From positions 1 through 64,000 of the forward strand of contig JAAILG010001199.1 in NCBI GenBank assembly GCA_012026655.1: a stretch of 64,000 nt of DNA. The letters are read 5' to 3'. Below, one piece after another: positions 36,601 to 46,300 of the stretch. This DNA is from Hydrolagus affinis (taxonomy: Eukaryota). The first letter of the stretch is position 1, and every line of letters starts with the position of its first letter. The notes beneath the pieces were generated by a model that was not told the DNA's origin, made no database searches, and saw only the letters and a list, made by a program, of their open reading frames with translations. The position numbers and the translations under genes were made by a program.

Positions 36601-39386
36601 GAAGGCCTGATAAGGTGCAAAATCAAATACAATAATTATTATTATTTTGGCAGCCTGCTGTAGGATTACTTAAATGCTCATGTTTTCATTTATTTTATAA
36701 AGAAATGTATCTGCTCTTTGATTATGTTGGTTTGGATTATAGTTGACTGCAAAAAAAAATTGAGGTGCAGAGGAACGTGCGGACTCATTTTGTGGCCAGC
36801 AAATTCGCTGTTGCATTTGCGTACGAATAACCAGTCCCAGCATTTAACAGTAGATTCTGTAAAGAGCTTTGAGCCGACCTCCGGACATGAAAGGCTCCAT
36901 CAAATATAAGGAGTAAAATTATTATTTGTTAAGAAATCTGTTGAAGACAGAAACCTCATGTTAAATGGTGACAGGTGACCTTTATATGTCCCAAGAATTG
37001 ACTCATGTCCTTGGGGTGAAACCTTAGCTTGCTAAACTGCTGATGTTTTGACTCCTATGTCACTGAAATGGCAGATATTGATTCAACTTTTAACAATTTA
37101 TAATTTACACAGATCCTTTCATTTTCGGCTGACAGTTAGGACATCAGAGCTGAGTGTGGGTAGCGGGGTTTGTGGGAGGAAATACAAACAAAAATACACT
37201 TAGAGGTGGTACAACTTGAGACAAACTTTGAGTGAGGGAAGGAGAGAGTCGATCGAGTGCCAGAGAGCAGGGGCACGATGGCTGGAAGGCTGCCCACCAT
37301 TGTGGGGCGAAGCTAGGCCACAGGGACAGGAATCAGCCTGGAGCTCACTGAGCAAAAGGAGTGGCAGGAGAACAACAACAACAAAATTACATTTTTTTTA
37401 AAAGTTTACCAAAACGTTTTTGTTCTAGTTGTTGTTGAATCTCAACCAATCTTCATTACAACAATATATCATCTCCCAGAGGAAATGTTTCCTCCCTTTT
37501 GGTCGTTCCACTTGTTAGAGCTAGAATCACTATTCCTCCCTTCTACCATTTCACGCTGAAATGTTTCTAAAAATAGTATGAAAGGGCAACACTGTAAACC
37601 ACTATCACATCGAGTATAAACCCGGCTGATGTTTGAGAATATTGCTTTGAACATCACACTTCACAGCTTGGGCCGTCAGACCCTGGCCATTTGAACTGTG
37701 TATCTATTTAACTTCTATGTATCTCTTTGTATGTGATGATCAGGGCTACTTCCTGGATTACCAGCCCTTGAGAAGCAGAGGAAGAATCTGTCGAGTGTTC
37801 CCTCCGTGTAGCTGGGGCAGGTACAGGACTGACCCTTGGAAATAATTTATTTGACGTGAATGGACAGGGAACAGGTTAGCATGAAGATTGGTTGAGGGCA
37901 CTAAACTGGTCAGATCCTCTCTTCTGGAAGGATGGGCTACAAGGCATTTTATCACCATATCATCCTATTTAATTCTTTAACTCACGTTCACCTCAGATAT
38001 TGTGGAAAATTGCCTCTTTATCCTTTGGCGCCACCTGGAGTATTATTTCCTGTACTGCAGCCCTTCGGATGCCCACGATACAATGAATGTACTGAGTGGC
38101 TTCTACAGAGGCAGACGTTTCCAGGGTGAGTGTGAGCTAAGCATTGGTAACTTCCCACAAACAACAGTCAATTCACTTTACAGTATATTCTGTGAAGTGC
38201 TTTGAGACATCTAGAAAATGTGAAAAGTACTATGCAAGTATTATTATTATTCCCTTGGGCCTCACTCCACAACAAAATTGAGTTTATGCAGCGCCTTTCA
38301 CGTAAGGAGGAAAGCCCAAGAAGCTGTGAGAGTTAAGGGTTTGCGCCCAAGCTTGAGGTTGGAATCCAAAGGGGTGGAGGTTGACTGAAGACATGATCAA
38401 AGTGAAAAGTGTTGAGTAGGCCCTTGAAGAGGGCAAGACGGAGGAATTCCAGGCTGGAGTGCCAGCAAGTGGGGGCAGAAGAGCTGAAGGCCCGACTGCA
38501 ATGATAGGGCATGCAGGGCGGGGAACATGAAGCAAGCTGGAGCCTGGCGAGCACTCAAGAAGTTTTCTTTGAGCAGTACAAGTTTGTCACATGCAAACTA
38601 TTCTGCACCGACGCCTTGCAGGGGTGTGTAACAGTAACACAGGATATACTGCAGTAACTGTATAAATATAACAGTAACTGTATAAATATAGCAAGAAATG
38701 ACTATTGTGTTACCGTTTTTCTTCAATTCAGATTCCTACAGTCTGAACTCGAATCCTGATCCCAGGAACCTGAGCTGTGTCAGCCAGCACGACCTGGAGC
38801 AGGTAGGCATCAGGCAGAGGCTATCTGTACAACTGGGACTCAGTGGACAAGCAAACTGTAAATAATTGGACAAATAAACCCAAAAGATAGAGCGTGTCTC
38901 CTTGCAAACAACATTTACCCAGGTTCCCATGACACTATTCACAAAGCTAAGCTAATTCCCCCCCACCCCCCATGTATTGGCTAACAAATTTCCCAAATTA
39001 TAATTGGTGATTCATTGCATAGTTGTGTGTGTGTGGCATTGCTGTGTGCCATTGCCAACAAATAGTCATTGCGTTTCACAATTAGTCTTGTGAAGTGCTT
39101 TGAGACATCCTTCCGCATGGTAAGGCGCTATATACCAAATGCAAGGATTATTATTGCAGTTTTTTGGGGTGTGGTGTGACGCGCATAAAGGTGATATGAA
39201 GCTGATATGATTTAACGCTCTGTTTCCTGGCAGATGCGGAGTGACGCAGCATCAAGCTTTGGGGAATCTCTGCAAAAGAAATTGCTGGGTATCGAGAAAA
39301 CATACTGCAAACTACGCTCCCGCCACAGATTCATAGAAGCGCTTGTTCGACGAATTCGGGGCCTTGTGCGGATGAAGAGGAGTTAA
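532..39386 (+). CDS. NUP205: Nuclear pore complex protein Nup205, 5'-partial (37 coding exons in window, ends at TAA 39384-39386)
   Basis: Joined GT-AG exons translate in consistent phase to a protein closely matching human NUP205 as recalled (e.g. [40 protein letters not shown]-terminal [12 protein letters not shown]). The 5' exons lie outside the window. Confidence 0.98.
856..1158 (+). mobile_element. tRNA-derived SINE, family A (tRNA-Ala-like head, L2-type tail)
   Basis: A box AGCTCAGTGG, TGC anticodon loop, B box GGTTCGATTCC, tail ..AAATGTAAGG(ATT)n; many copies in the window. Confidence 0.85.
1630..1805 (+). CDS. NUP205: NUP205 exon 2
   Basis: ctag|..|gtaaa; [19 protein letters not shown]. 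Confidence 0.95.
3778..3894 (+). CDS. NUP205: NUP205 exon 3
   Basis: [23 protein letters not shown]; 117 nt, AG/GT bounded. Confidence 0.95.
3983..4672 (-). mobile_element. L2-clade LINE 3' fragment with partial internal duplication
   Basis: Translates to [37 protein letters not shown] (L2 ORF2 C-terminus); (TTG)n tail. Confidence 0.85.
4963..5100 (+). CDS. NUP205: NUP205 exon 4
   Basis: [29 protein letters not shown]|gtaagt. Confidence 0.95.
5520..5732 (+). repeat. Degenerate 36-bp tandem repeat (about 6 units) inside intronic ORF 5361-5756
   Basis: Units start AGTG at 5520, 5556, 5589, 5625, 5661 and 5697. Confidence 0.8.
5816..6005 (+). mobile_element. SINE family A, truncated
   Basis: GGTTAGAGC..TTGCAAG..GGTTCGATTCC..TGTGGGACACTGC. 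Confidence 0.8.
6434..6584 (+). CDS. NUP205: NUP205 exon 5
   Basis: [28 protein letters not shown]. Confidence 0.95.
6635..7590 (+). mobile_element. L2-clade LINE fragments
   Basis: [33 protein letters not shown]; tail GCTATATAAATTAAAGTTGTTGTT. Confidence 0.8.
7767..7972 (+). CDS. NUP205: NUP205 exon 6
   Basis: [28 protein letters not shown]. Confidence 0.95.
8398..8580 (+). CDS. NUP205: NUP205 exon 7
   Basis: [22 protein letters not shown]. Confidence 0.95.
9230..9280 (+). CDS. NUP205: NUP205 exon 8
   Basis: [17 protein letters not shown]; 51 nt. Confidence 0.93.
10526..10735 (+). CDS. NUP205: NUP205 exon 9
   Basis: [22 protein letters not shown]. Confidence 0.95.
10775..11340 (+). mobile_element. 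L2-clade LINE 3' fragment
   Basis: Degenerate QLIxNSAAR..HISP..LHWLP; tail GTGAAAGGCGCTTTACAAAT. Confidence 0.8.
11397..11496 (+). CDS. NUP205: NUP205 exon 10
   Basis: [25 protein letters not shown]. Confidence 0.95.
12247..12384 (+). CDS. NUP205: NUP205 exon 11
   Basis: [26 protein letters not shown]. Confidence 0.94.
14028..14217 (+). CDS. NUP205: NUP205 exon 12
   Basis: [18 protein letters not shown]. Confidence 0.95.
15042..15162 (+). CDS. NUP205: NUP205 exon 13
   Basis: [27 protein letters not shown]. Confidence 0.95.
15869..15950 (+). CDS. NUP205: NUP205 exon 14
   Basis: [27 protein letters not shown]. Confidence 0.95.
16244..16408 (+). CDS. NUP205: NUP205 exon 15
   Basis: [25 protein letters not shown]. 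Confidence 0.94.
16760..16884 (+). CDS. NUP205: NUP205 exon 16
   Basis: [26 protein letters not shown]. Confidence 0.95.
17509..17623 (+). CDS. NUP205: NUP205 exon 17
   Basis: [31 protein letters not shown]. Confidence 0.95.
17802..17951 (+). CDS. NUP205: NUP205 exon 18
   Basis: [36 protein letters not shown]. Confidence 0.93.
18118..18563 (+). mobile_element. Deu-domain SINE, family B (SacSINE1/AmnSINE-like), near full length
   Basis: Head GGTAGCACTCTCGCCTCTGAGTCAGAAG..GGTTCAAG; Deu-like core GTTAAACC..TTCAGGTGGACGTTAAGAGATCCCATGGCACTATT..GGTGTCCTGGCC; same tail as family A. Confidence 0.8.
18724..18818. repeat. Degenerate (GA)n tract
   Basis: Directly visible. Confidence 0.75.
19358..19432 (+). 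CDS. NUP205: NUP205 exon 19
   Basis: [24 protein letters not shown]. Confidence 0.92.
19713..19870 (+). CDS. NUP205: NUP205 exon 20
   Basis: [30 protein letters not shown]. Confidence 0.95.
20647..20727 (+). CDS. NUP205: NUP205 exon 21
   Basis: [27 protein letters not shown]. Confidence 0.95.
21774..21965 (+). CDS. NUP205: NUP205 exon 22
   Basis: [26 protein letters not shown]. Confidence 0.95.
23055..23304 (+). CDS. NUP205: NUP205 exon 23
   Basis: [21 protein letters not shown]. Confidence 0.95.
24183..24378 (-). mobile_element. SINE family A, long variant, internally deleted
   Basis: Reverse-complement head plus extra TGTTTACCTAGTAATAAGTAGGAACC module and tail. Confidence 0.75.
25054..25152 (+). 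CDS. NUP205: NUP205 exon 24
   Basis: [29 protein letters not shown]. Confidence 0.95.
25249..25397 (+). CDS. NUP205: NUP205 exon 25
   Basis: [25 protein letters not shown]. Confidence 0.95.
25487..25785 (+). mobile_element. SINE family A, full length
   Basis: Aligns by eye to 856-1158. Confidence 0.85.
26291..26482 (+). CDS. NUP205: NUP205 exon 26
   Basis: [22 protein letters not shown]. Confidence 0.95.
27165..27286 (+). CDS. NUP205: NUP205 exon 27
   Basis: [30 protein letters not shown]. Confidence 0.95.
28119..28257 (+). CDS. NUP205: NUP205 exon 28
   Basis: [31 protein letters not shown]. Confidence 0.95.
28402..28608. mobile_element. Tigger/pogo-type MITE, copy 1 (207 bp)
   Basis: 25-bp TIR CAGTAAAAGCCC(A/G)TTTATCCGGCAC; TA target duplication on both sides. 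Confidence 0.9.
28631..29265 (-). mobile_element. Possible LTR remnant interrupted by MITE copy 2
   Basis: TG..CA ends; minus-strand TATAAAAG (28910-28917) upstream of AATAAA (28765-28770); no TSD seen. Confidence 0.35.
29035..29247. mobile_element. Tigger/pogo-type MITE, copy 2 (213 bp)
   Basis: Same TIRs and internal sequence as copy 1; TA flanks. Confidence 0.9.
30093..30219 (+). CDS. NUP205: NUP205 exon 29
   Basis: [26 protein letters not shown]. Confidence 0.95.
30950..31303 (-). mobile_element. SINE family A, long variant
   Basis: Reverse complement of head, extra module, body and tail. Confidence 0.8.
31788..31864 (+). CDS. NUP205: NUP205 exon 30
   Basis: [25 protein letters not shown]. 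Confidence 0.94.
32192..32320 (+). CDS. NUP205: NUP205 exon 31
   Basis: [23 protein letters not shown]. Confidence 0.95.
33240..33541 (+). mobile_element. SINE family A, full length
   Basis: Aligns by eye to 856-1158. Confidence 0.85.
34003..34129 (+). CDS. NUP205: NUP205 exon 32
   Basis: [23 protein letters not shown]. Confidence 0.94.
35243..35409 (+). CDS. NUP205: NUP205 exon 33
   Basis: [23 protein letters not shown]. Confidence 0.95.
36258..36381 (+). CDS. NUP205: NUP205 exon 34
   Basis: [22 protein letters not shown], followed by U12-type donor GTATCCTT. Confidence 0.93.
36382..37996 (+). other. U12-type (minor spliceosome) GT-AG intron of NUP205
   Basis: 5' splice site GTATCCTTG at 36382; branch site TTCTTTAAC at 37973-37981, 15 nt before the 3' splice junction; phases join correctly (T+AT = Tyr). 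Confidence 0.9.
37997..38125 (+). CDS. NUP205: NUP205 exon 35
   Basis: [21 protein letters not shown]. Confidence 0.94.
38732..38802 (+). CDS. NUP205: NUP205 exon 36
   Basis: [23 protein letters not shown]. Confidence 0.9.
39234..39386 (+). CDS. NUP205: NUP205 terminal coding exon 37
   Basis: [33 protein letters not shown]. Confidence 0.95.
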   Translation: MRSDAASSFGESLQKKLLGIEKTYCKLRSRHRFIEALVRRIRGLVRMKRS

Positions 39387-39550
39387 CTGATAGTCTCTGG
39401 CTGCGGAATCATTGATGCACCAACTCTCTACACATACCCCTCCCCACATACACACAAACACACAGCAGTCTTTATGTAAGCAACAAACAGCGCCTTTATT
39501 TACTACAATTGTTTTTTTATTATCGAACTCCAATTACAGTATTTTCCTGA

Positions 39551-39556
39551 AATAAA
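39551..39556 (+). terminator. Candidate NUP205 polyadenylation signal AATAAA
   Basis: AATAAA 165 nt after the stop, followed by a T/GT-rich tract. Confidence 0.6.
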
Positions 39557-42004
39557 TTTTTTAAATGCAGTGGATTCATTTTTTTGTTTGACAGCAGATA
39601 AGATATGCTGACAGCCACACCTGAGTACAGCCAGAAAGTGAATTTTATCAGGGTTGTCAGCTCTCTCCTCAAATTGTACCGTGGGATCTGAACAGGCACA
39701 AACAGGTCCTCAGTTTAACATGTCACCTGAAGGACGGCAACTCTGATAATATTTCTGACTGACCTGGCCTACAATTCCCCCAAATAAAATTGAGCACCAC
39801 CCCCACTGCTGTTGGTGGGACATTGCTGTCTGCAAGTTAAAACACTCACCCGAGGACATGGGCTTGATTCCTGGCAGCGTGATACGATGGTCAAGTTTCC
39901 TTACTCCGCACGCCTAATAATAATCCCTCCAAACTTTTTTTTTTTAAATTGGTCATTTAGATCCATGACTGTTTGTGGGACGCTGCTGTGTGCAATTGGC
40001 TGCTGCATTTCGCCCAGAAATAGTCAATTCATTTTTACAGTACATTCTGAATGTCTAGAAGACATGAAAAGTGTTATATCAAATGCAAGGATTATTATAA
40101 ACGCGTGTGTATGGGTTTCAGTGTCCTGAGGGTGAGACAGAGACGCACGATGTTGCGGAGACGGGCAATGTTGCCCACCACGTGATGCGAATGTGAGGGG
40201 TTTTCCTGCCCTAGCACCTGTATGTAATTTTATGCTACAGGTGCTCGTTTACCTGATGTCATAAAGTAGCCCTGGATCTCGACATTGTTGCAAACTTGTG
40301 TAGGCTACTTCATAACCTGTGCTGTAAGTAACTTCTGAAACTTGGAATCTTACAGAACCTATTGAAAGGGACAAGTCTCCCCATTTAGCTTAAATAACAT
40401 ATATTTGTAGTTTTATATATATATATATATTATACATATATAATTTACTCAGTACAAAAGACTGCAAGAATAGGGTAACCGTGACCTTGAAATGTTCAGA
40501 AAATAGTATTTTGGTTATCGATCTGTAAGGAAAGAATTCAAAAGTTCAACTGAGTGTCTGTCGTAAAAGTTTCTGTCCAGTCATATTGCTCTCCAAGGCT
40601 TTTGTTCTCTGTCTCTTTTCTCAGTAAACCACATGCAGTTCAGTTGGAAGGCAGAAAGTCACACACAGTATTTTGCTCACAAAATCTTGTGGTCTGTTCT
40701 TTAAGAGACTGTCACTTCTTAATTGCACTACTTTAGACAACTAGCTGAACAGCCTGGGAGAGTTGACCCTAATCAACGCAGCTACTTTCCTTAAATACTT
40801 GCCCTGAATGATTGGAGCAGTAGAAGCCTCCAACTCTGCCTGTCTCCGCAGCAGCAATTTACTATTGTTTTTTTGAGGGATTTTTTTTATTAGCCAGGTT
40901 CCTACTTACTGCGAGGTAAACAGAGGCATGTGGAGGAAGGAAACTTGCCCATCGTTTTGCTCCTCCAGGAAATCAAGCCCATGTTCTCAGGTGATTTTTT
41001 TTAACTTGCAATGTCCCACCAACAGCAGGGGGTGGTGCTCAATTTTGCACAGCTTGATATGACCCAATTTTTGGGGGAGGGATTATTATCAGGCGTGTGT
41101 GTGGAGTAAGGAAACTTGCCCAAGGTTTCGCCCCGTCTAGAAGTGAACCCAGGTCTCTTGCTAAGGCGAATGCTCTAACCACTGAGCTGCAGGATTCCAC
41201 AATCAGCCACAGTCTAACAGGATGGCGGAACAGGTTTCAGTGGATGAATAATAACAGTTATTGCATTTGATATAATGCTTTTCATGTCCTCCAAAAGTCT
41301 CAAAGTGCTTCAAGGAATACACTGTAAAGTGAATTGACTGTACATTCGTGGGCAAAGTATAATGATCTCCTGTTTCTATGCAATGGCATCCAAAAGTTCA
41401 TTGTCATTACACCACAAATCATTTTTATGTGCGAGACCTTCAAAAAATCCCTTAAAAAGGTCACAATTCTGATTTAAGTAGTTTACCTGATTATTATGTA
41501 TCTCACCACCTCACCCTGGGGGAAATGTCAACAAAAACTGCCCACTCCTTTCGCTCAGTGATCAACGACTACTTCATATCCCCCATCCTTCTGCACTTTC
41601 AGGCGGCAAAGCTTTCAACCTTCCTGCCCCAGCTCCCGAGACCTCCATCCCATAGTCCCTCCCTCCCTCCCTTCTTTCAAGCCGCGTCTCAAAACAGGCA
41701 TCTTTGACTGCTTTTTGTCAACTCTCCACCCTCTGGGCTCCCACCCCCAGCTCAGACACTCACCCAGCACTATGAATGGGGTGGGAAGTTGTGTCAAAGT
41801 ATTGCGTAAACATGAATTGTATTGTGTGCCGCAGAATGAACATTTGCTGCCCTCGGGTGGAGAGCATCTGTAACTGCACCAGGAACATTAAATCTGAGAT
41901 GCCACTTCCTTCGGTCGACCAACACAGCAACAGTTGTTACTCAATGCCACCCTCTCAGGGAACAGACATCATTGTGGGTGTAGGAGCGTCACATGGTAAT
42001 CAAA

Positions 42005-42428
42005 GTTAGGTGCGAAGATCAGCCATGATCTTGTTGAATGGCGGGGCAGGCTCGAAGGGCCGAATGGCCTACTCCTGCTCCTAATTCTTATGTTCTTATG
42101 TGTCGGCATTTGACAAAGTGCCGCATGAGAGGCTCTTTAGGAAAGTAGAGGCCCACGGCGTTAAAGGGACAGTGGCAGCGTGGATCCACAACTGGCTGCG
42201 AGACAGAAAGCAGAGAGTTGTGGTGAGCGGCTGTTTTTCAGACTAGAGGGAAGTATGCAGTGGCGCCCCCCCAGGGATCGATATTGGGACCACTGCTCTT
42301 TTTAATGTATATTAATGATCTGGACTTGGGAGTAAGGAGCACAGTTTCCAAGTTTGCAGGTGATACTAAATTAGGGATTATAGTAAATAGGGAGGAGGAA
42401 AGTAACCATCTGCAAGAAAATATAGATA
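42005..42428 (+). mobile_element. CR1 LINE fragments: 3' tail (42005-42102) followed by an RT segment (42103-42428)
   Basis: Tail GGGCCGAATGGCCTACTCCTGCTCCTAATTCTTATGTTCTTATG; RT AFDKVPHERL..PQGSILGPLLFLMYINDL..KFAGDTKLG with an in-frame stop. Confidence 0.9.
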
Positions 42429-42990
42429 ATAATCCTTGCATTTGATCTAGCGCCTTATCACAACGTCGAGATGTCTCAAAACGCTTCAGAGGATATACTG
42501 CAAAATGGATTGACTGTATTTTATGCTAGAAACGTGATGAATATCCAATAGTTGAGTGCAGCTGAGGGATATTTTATTTTAGATTTGCTCAAGAGACCAA
42601 AATTTAAATATCCACACTCCACCCTCACCCCCCATCCCATCCCTGTCAATTCAATCAATGACATTGAATAGTGACCACTTCAGCACTTGGCCCCAGGAGA
42701 TGCCCAATTGGTGTATCGTTCTTCATGGCTTCAGAGACACATCAACCAGGCACCAGTCACGCCGATCTCGGCAATGGTGGTGCAGTTGAATGGCTGATCT
42801 GATGACCTTCAGATGGTGGCAGAGCTTCACTGCTCTATCTTGAGATGTAGGAGTCACAGCACAATTGATGTGGTGGTTGGGTGTCTTGCCTGTTTGGGGG
42901 AAGGGGAAATCTCACCTCATGACCTGTCATCAATCAGACCAATGATAGATGTGCCATTTGCTCTGAGAAGCGCGACTGGGTCCTGTTCCT

Positions 42991-43332
42991 TCACACACTT
43001 GTCTTCATCACCTCTCGGAGACACTCGGTGGCGTAGCAAGATGGTCTGAGGCTGAAGGTCAGGGACAGCGAGTCGCTCTCAGCACCGCATTCATCGACGG
43101 GAAAGCCAGAGTCTCTGCTCATTGGAGGCGAGTTTCCATCTCCCAGCCACCGCCAGGTAAGGTCCTGCGGCCGGGCCAGGAGCCGGCGATAACAACCAGG
43201 GAAGTTCATGTGCAGAGCGGGGAGTCTAAACTTGCACCTCTCAAGTCCATCCCTGGCCAAGGTTTCCTGGTACCATTGCTCAAGGTGGTTGGATGGATAT
43301 TGAATGCTGTTACCGGGCATTGGCAGAACAAC
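42991..43332 (-). CDS. PUS7L: PUS7L terminal coding exon 8
   Basis: VVLPMPGNSIQYP..CYATECLREVMKTSV*. Confidence 0.95.
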   Translation of the reverse strand, partial: VVLPMPGNSIQYPSNHLEQWYQETLARDGLERCKFRLPALHMNFPGCYRRLLARPQDLTWRWLGDGNSPPMSRDSGFPVDECGAESDSLSLTFSLRPSCYATECLREVMKTSV

Positions 43333-46300
43333 CTGCAATGAAGAACCCAATGAGTGGGCAGCAGTTCGGACACTGTGTGCAGACTCAATCATATCATCAG
43401 AATCCAACAATGATTTGCATTTACACAGCGTCCATCAAGTAGGGTAACATCTCCAAACGCTGCATAGATTGGATTGGACAGCAAGCAAGGGTGACCATAT
43501 ATGGTTGGATTTGAGCTTTGGAGGAGCGGTGAGATACAAGGAGATGCTAGGGACTAGATGAGAAGCTTTAAATTAATCCACTGAGAATGAGTGGAGACTG
43601 GCAAGGACCGGGGTGAAGGGGTGTAGAGTTTGGTGTGGGTGACCAGGCAGGCAATGGAGATATTTTGACACAACTAAGTAGCCTGCATTTGATATAGTGC
43701 CATCACGCTCACTGCGTGGACATTTCAAAGTGCTTCACAGGATTTAGTAATGTATAGTGACATATTTTGTAGGCGAATGCAGCAGCCAATTGTACATGGC
43801 AATGTCACTCGACTGACACATTCTCGGCAAGGACCCAGCAGAACCCCATCTTCTCCCTTCCAATAGTGCACCGCGATCTTTAATGTCCACCTGCACAGAT
43901 GGCATATCTGGCTCGGCAGTTCTCCCCCAGGCACCATATTGGAGCAGCAGCCTAAATTGTGTGCTGCTCAGTGAAGGAAAACTCTTACTTGATCGATGGA
44001 ATAAACATTTGCCTTCTGATCCTCTGCTGTCACAATGTGCACCTGTTGAAGAAAGTCACAAATAGTCAGAGTAGCTAAAGCACAGGGCCACTCTGTTGAT
44101 ATAAACTCATCTTCCCCCATCTCTCCCTCACACCTCGACCCCTACTCATCCCTCCCTCCAAACCTTTGAACCTGTCTCCCCTTCCTCCCTCATCATCACC
44201 ATCATCGCATGAAACTCAATCCCATCCTTATTCCTCTTCTTACTTCCCAGATCCATTTCCTTGCCCCTCTACTCACAGACATCATAAACCTCTCCATGTC
44301 CACTGGCAACATTCCCACCCCCCATTCTCACCTGGTTTTAATGGCTTCCCATCGTAAGAGGATACAGTTTAATGTCCTGGTTCTCATCTTCAAACACCTC
44401 CATGCCTTGCTCCTCACTATCTCTGCGACCTTCTAAGCCAATACCAACCTGCGCAATCCCTCCATTCAGCGGGCTCAGGCCTACTTCACATTCCCTGCTT
44501 TGCCTGCCCAACCATTGGTGGACAGGCCTTCTGCCACTCTGCCCCCACCCTCTGGAACTCCATTCCACAATTCTTCAGCCTCATCCCCTCGCTTCTTCAA
44601 GACCAATCTCAAGACCCTCCTTTCAATTTTGCCTTTGATCAACTTCCATCCCCACCCTGCTCTCCACCATCCCCGATCCCGACCTCCAGCCAGGGTCCAA
44701 AACAGATTGTCTAGCACTTTGGGACACCTTCCTGACGTGAAAGGCTCTATACAAATGTAATTTTGTTGTTGTTGTACGTAAGTGCAAGTTGTTAACCCAA
44801 GTCTGTGGTATAATAATAATCCTCATTTTTGATAAAGCGCCAAGATGTCTCAAAGCTCTTCATAGGTTTCACTGTGGCCTAGTTATTGTATTTTGTAGGG
44901 AAATACATCAGCGAATATGCACACATCAATATGCTAGAAACAGCCATGAAGTGAGTGACCAATTTTATTTGGGGGATTTTTGCTTGAGCTACCGGGAGAA
45001 GAAACTCCGTTCTCTTCTCGAACAGTGCCACGGGATCTTTGATAGCCACCTGAACAGGCATAGACGGGGCCTCAGTTTTATGTCTCATATTAGAGACGGC
45101 GCTCTTGAAAATACAGCGTTTGCTCTGAACTTGCACTAGAGCATCAGCTTAGACCGTGAATTAAAAATGCCCAACGTGAGGCTCAAACCAACAACCTTCT
45201 GACTCGGAGGCGAGATGACTACTATCTGAGCAAGGCTGACATCTGTGTGAGTGATACAATTTCAACAGGGCCTAAATAATAGGGCGTAATTTCCATGGTT
45301 GCGATAGCGCGAACACAATTCTCCATTTGAAACGTACCCGATCGTTCGGAGATGATGGAGTCTCGACCCCCTCCACGATCACCAAGTCACCCTCCACAGG
45401 TCTCAAGCCGTATGTCTTAATCCGGTAAGACACTGCCTGGTTCCAGACCTTGCTGCAGTAGGAGTGGATATAAAGGAGCCTCATGGAGTGTGGGATGCTG
45501 AGCCAAGCCTGGGCACAGCCCTCCTGATCCGTGTTATAGCGATTCAGAGCACGAAGCATCAGCCTCTCCCTGGTCTTGTAGGCCGGCATCAAGGCCAGTG
45601 TCGCTTTGACATCCCCTGAGGAAGACAGCAGGTTACTGAAAGGTCAGTGATTACTTTATTGGGCAGGACAACTCCGAACAATAATCATCATCACATTTCA
45701 TACAGCGCCGTAAATCACATCCATACGGCTCAAAGCAATTTGCACGATTTCACTCTTGTTTGCGTGTTTTGTAGGCAAGCGTGGCAGCCAATTTGTGCAC
45801 AGCAGCGATCCCACAAGAGACATCAAGTGAATGACTGATTTTCTCTGGGGAATTGTTAGCCAGGATACTTGGAATAACTCCCTTCACTTTTTCACGAGAG
45901 CCATGGGTCTTCAACATCCACCTGAACAGGCTCAGACGGGACTTTGGTTAGATATCCTGAAGAACCAAGCAGACTGAACCCCACAAACCCTGGGTCTGGA
46001 ACTCACCAGTGAGGAGAAAATGTCTCTTCGCCTTATTGACAGGATCATTTCCTTCTTCTGGTGTGAAGAATAAATGGACAGCCTGGATCTAACGAGAATA
46101 GTGTTCACAAGAGCACATTTTTCAGATCATAACTAAAGACAAGGAGAAGTTAGGAGCCTTTTTTAAAAAAACATTTTTTACACACACACATACACACACT
46201 CAGATAGTGTGCACATACACATATACACATGTTGCCAACCAACAACAACAAAATTACATTTGTATAGCGCCTTTCACATTGGGAGGATGTCCTAAGGCAC

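Noticed and set aside
38652-38690. 20-bp tandem duplication CAGTAACTGTATAAATATA
   Set aside because: An ordinary local slippage duplication in an intron
40255-40320. SECIS element or miR-142-like hairpin
   Set aside because: No tandem GA quartet on the 3' arm; the match to miR-142-5p is only CATAAAGTAG and the loop is too large for a pre-miRNA
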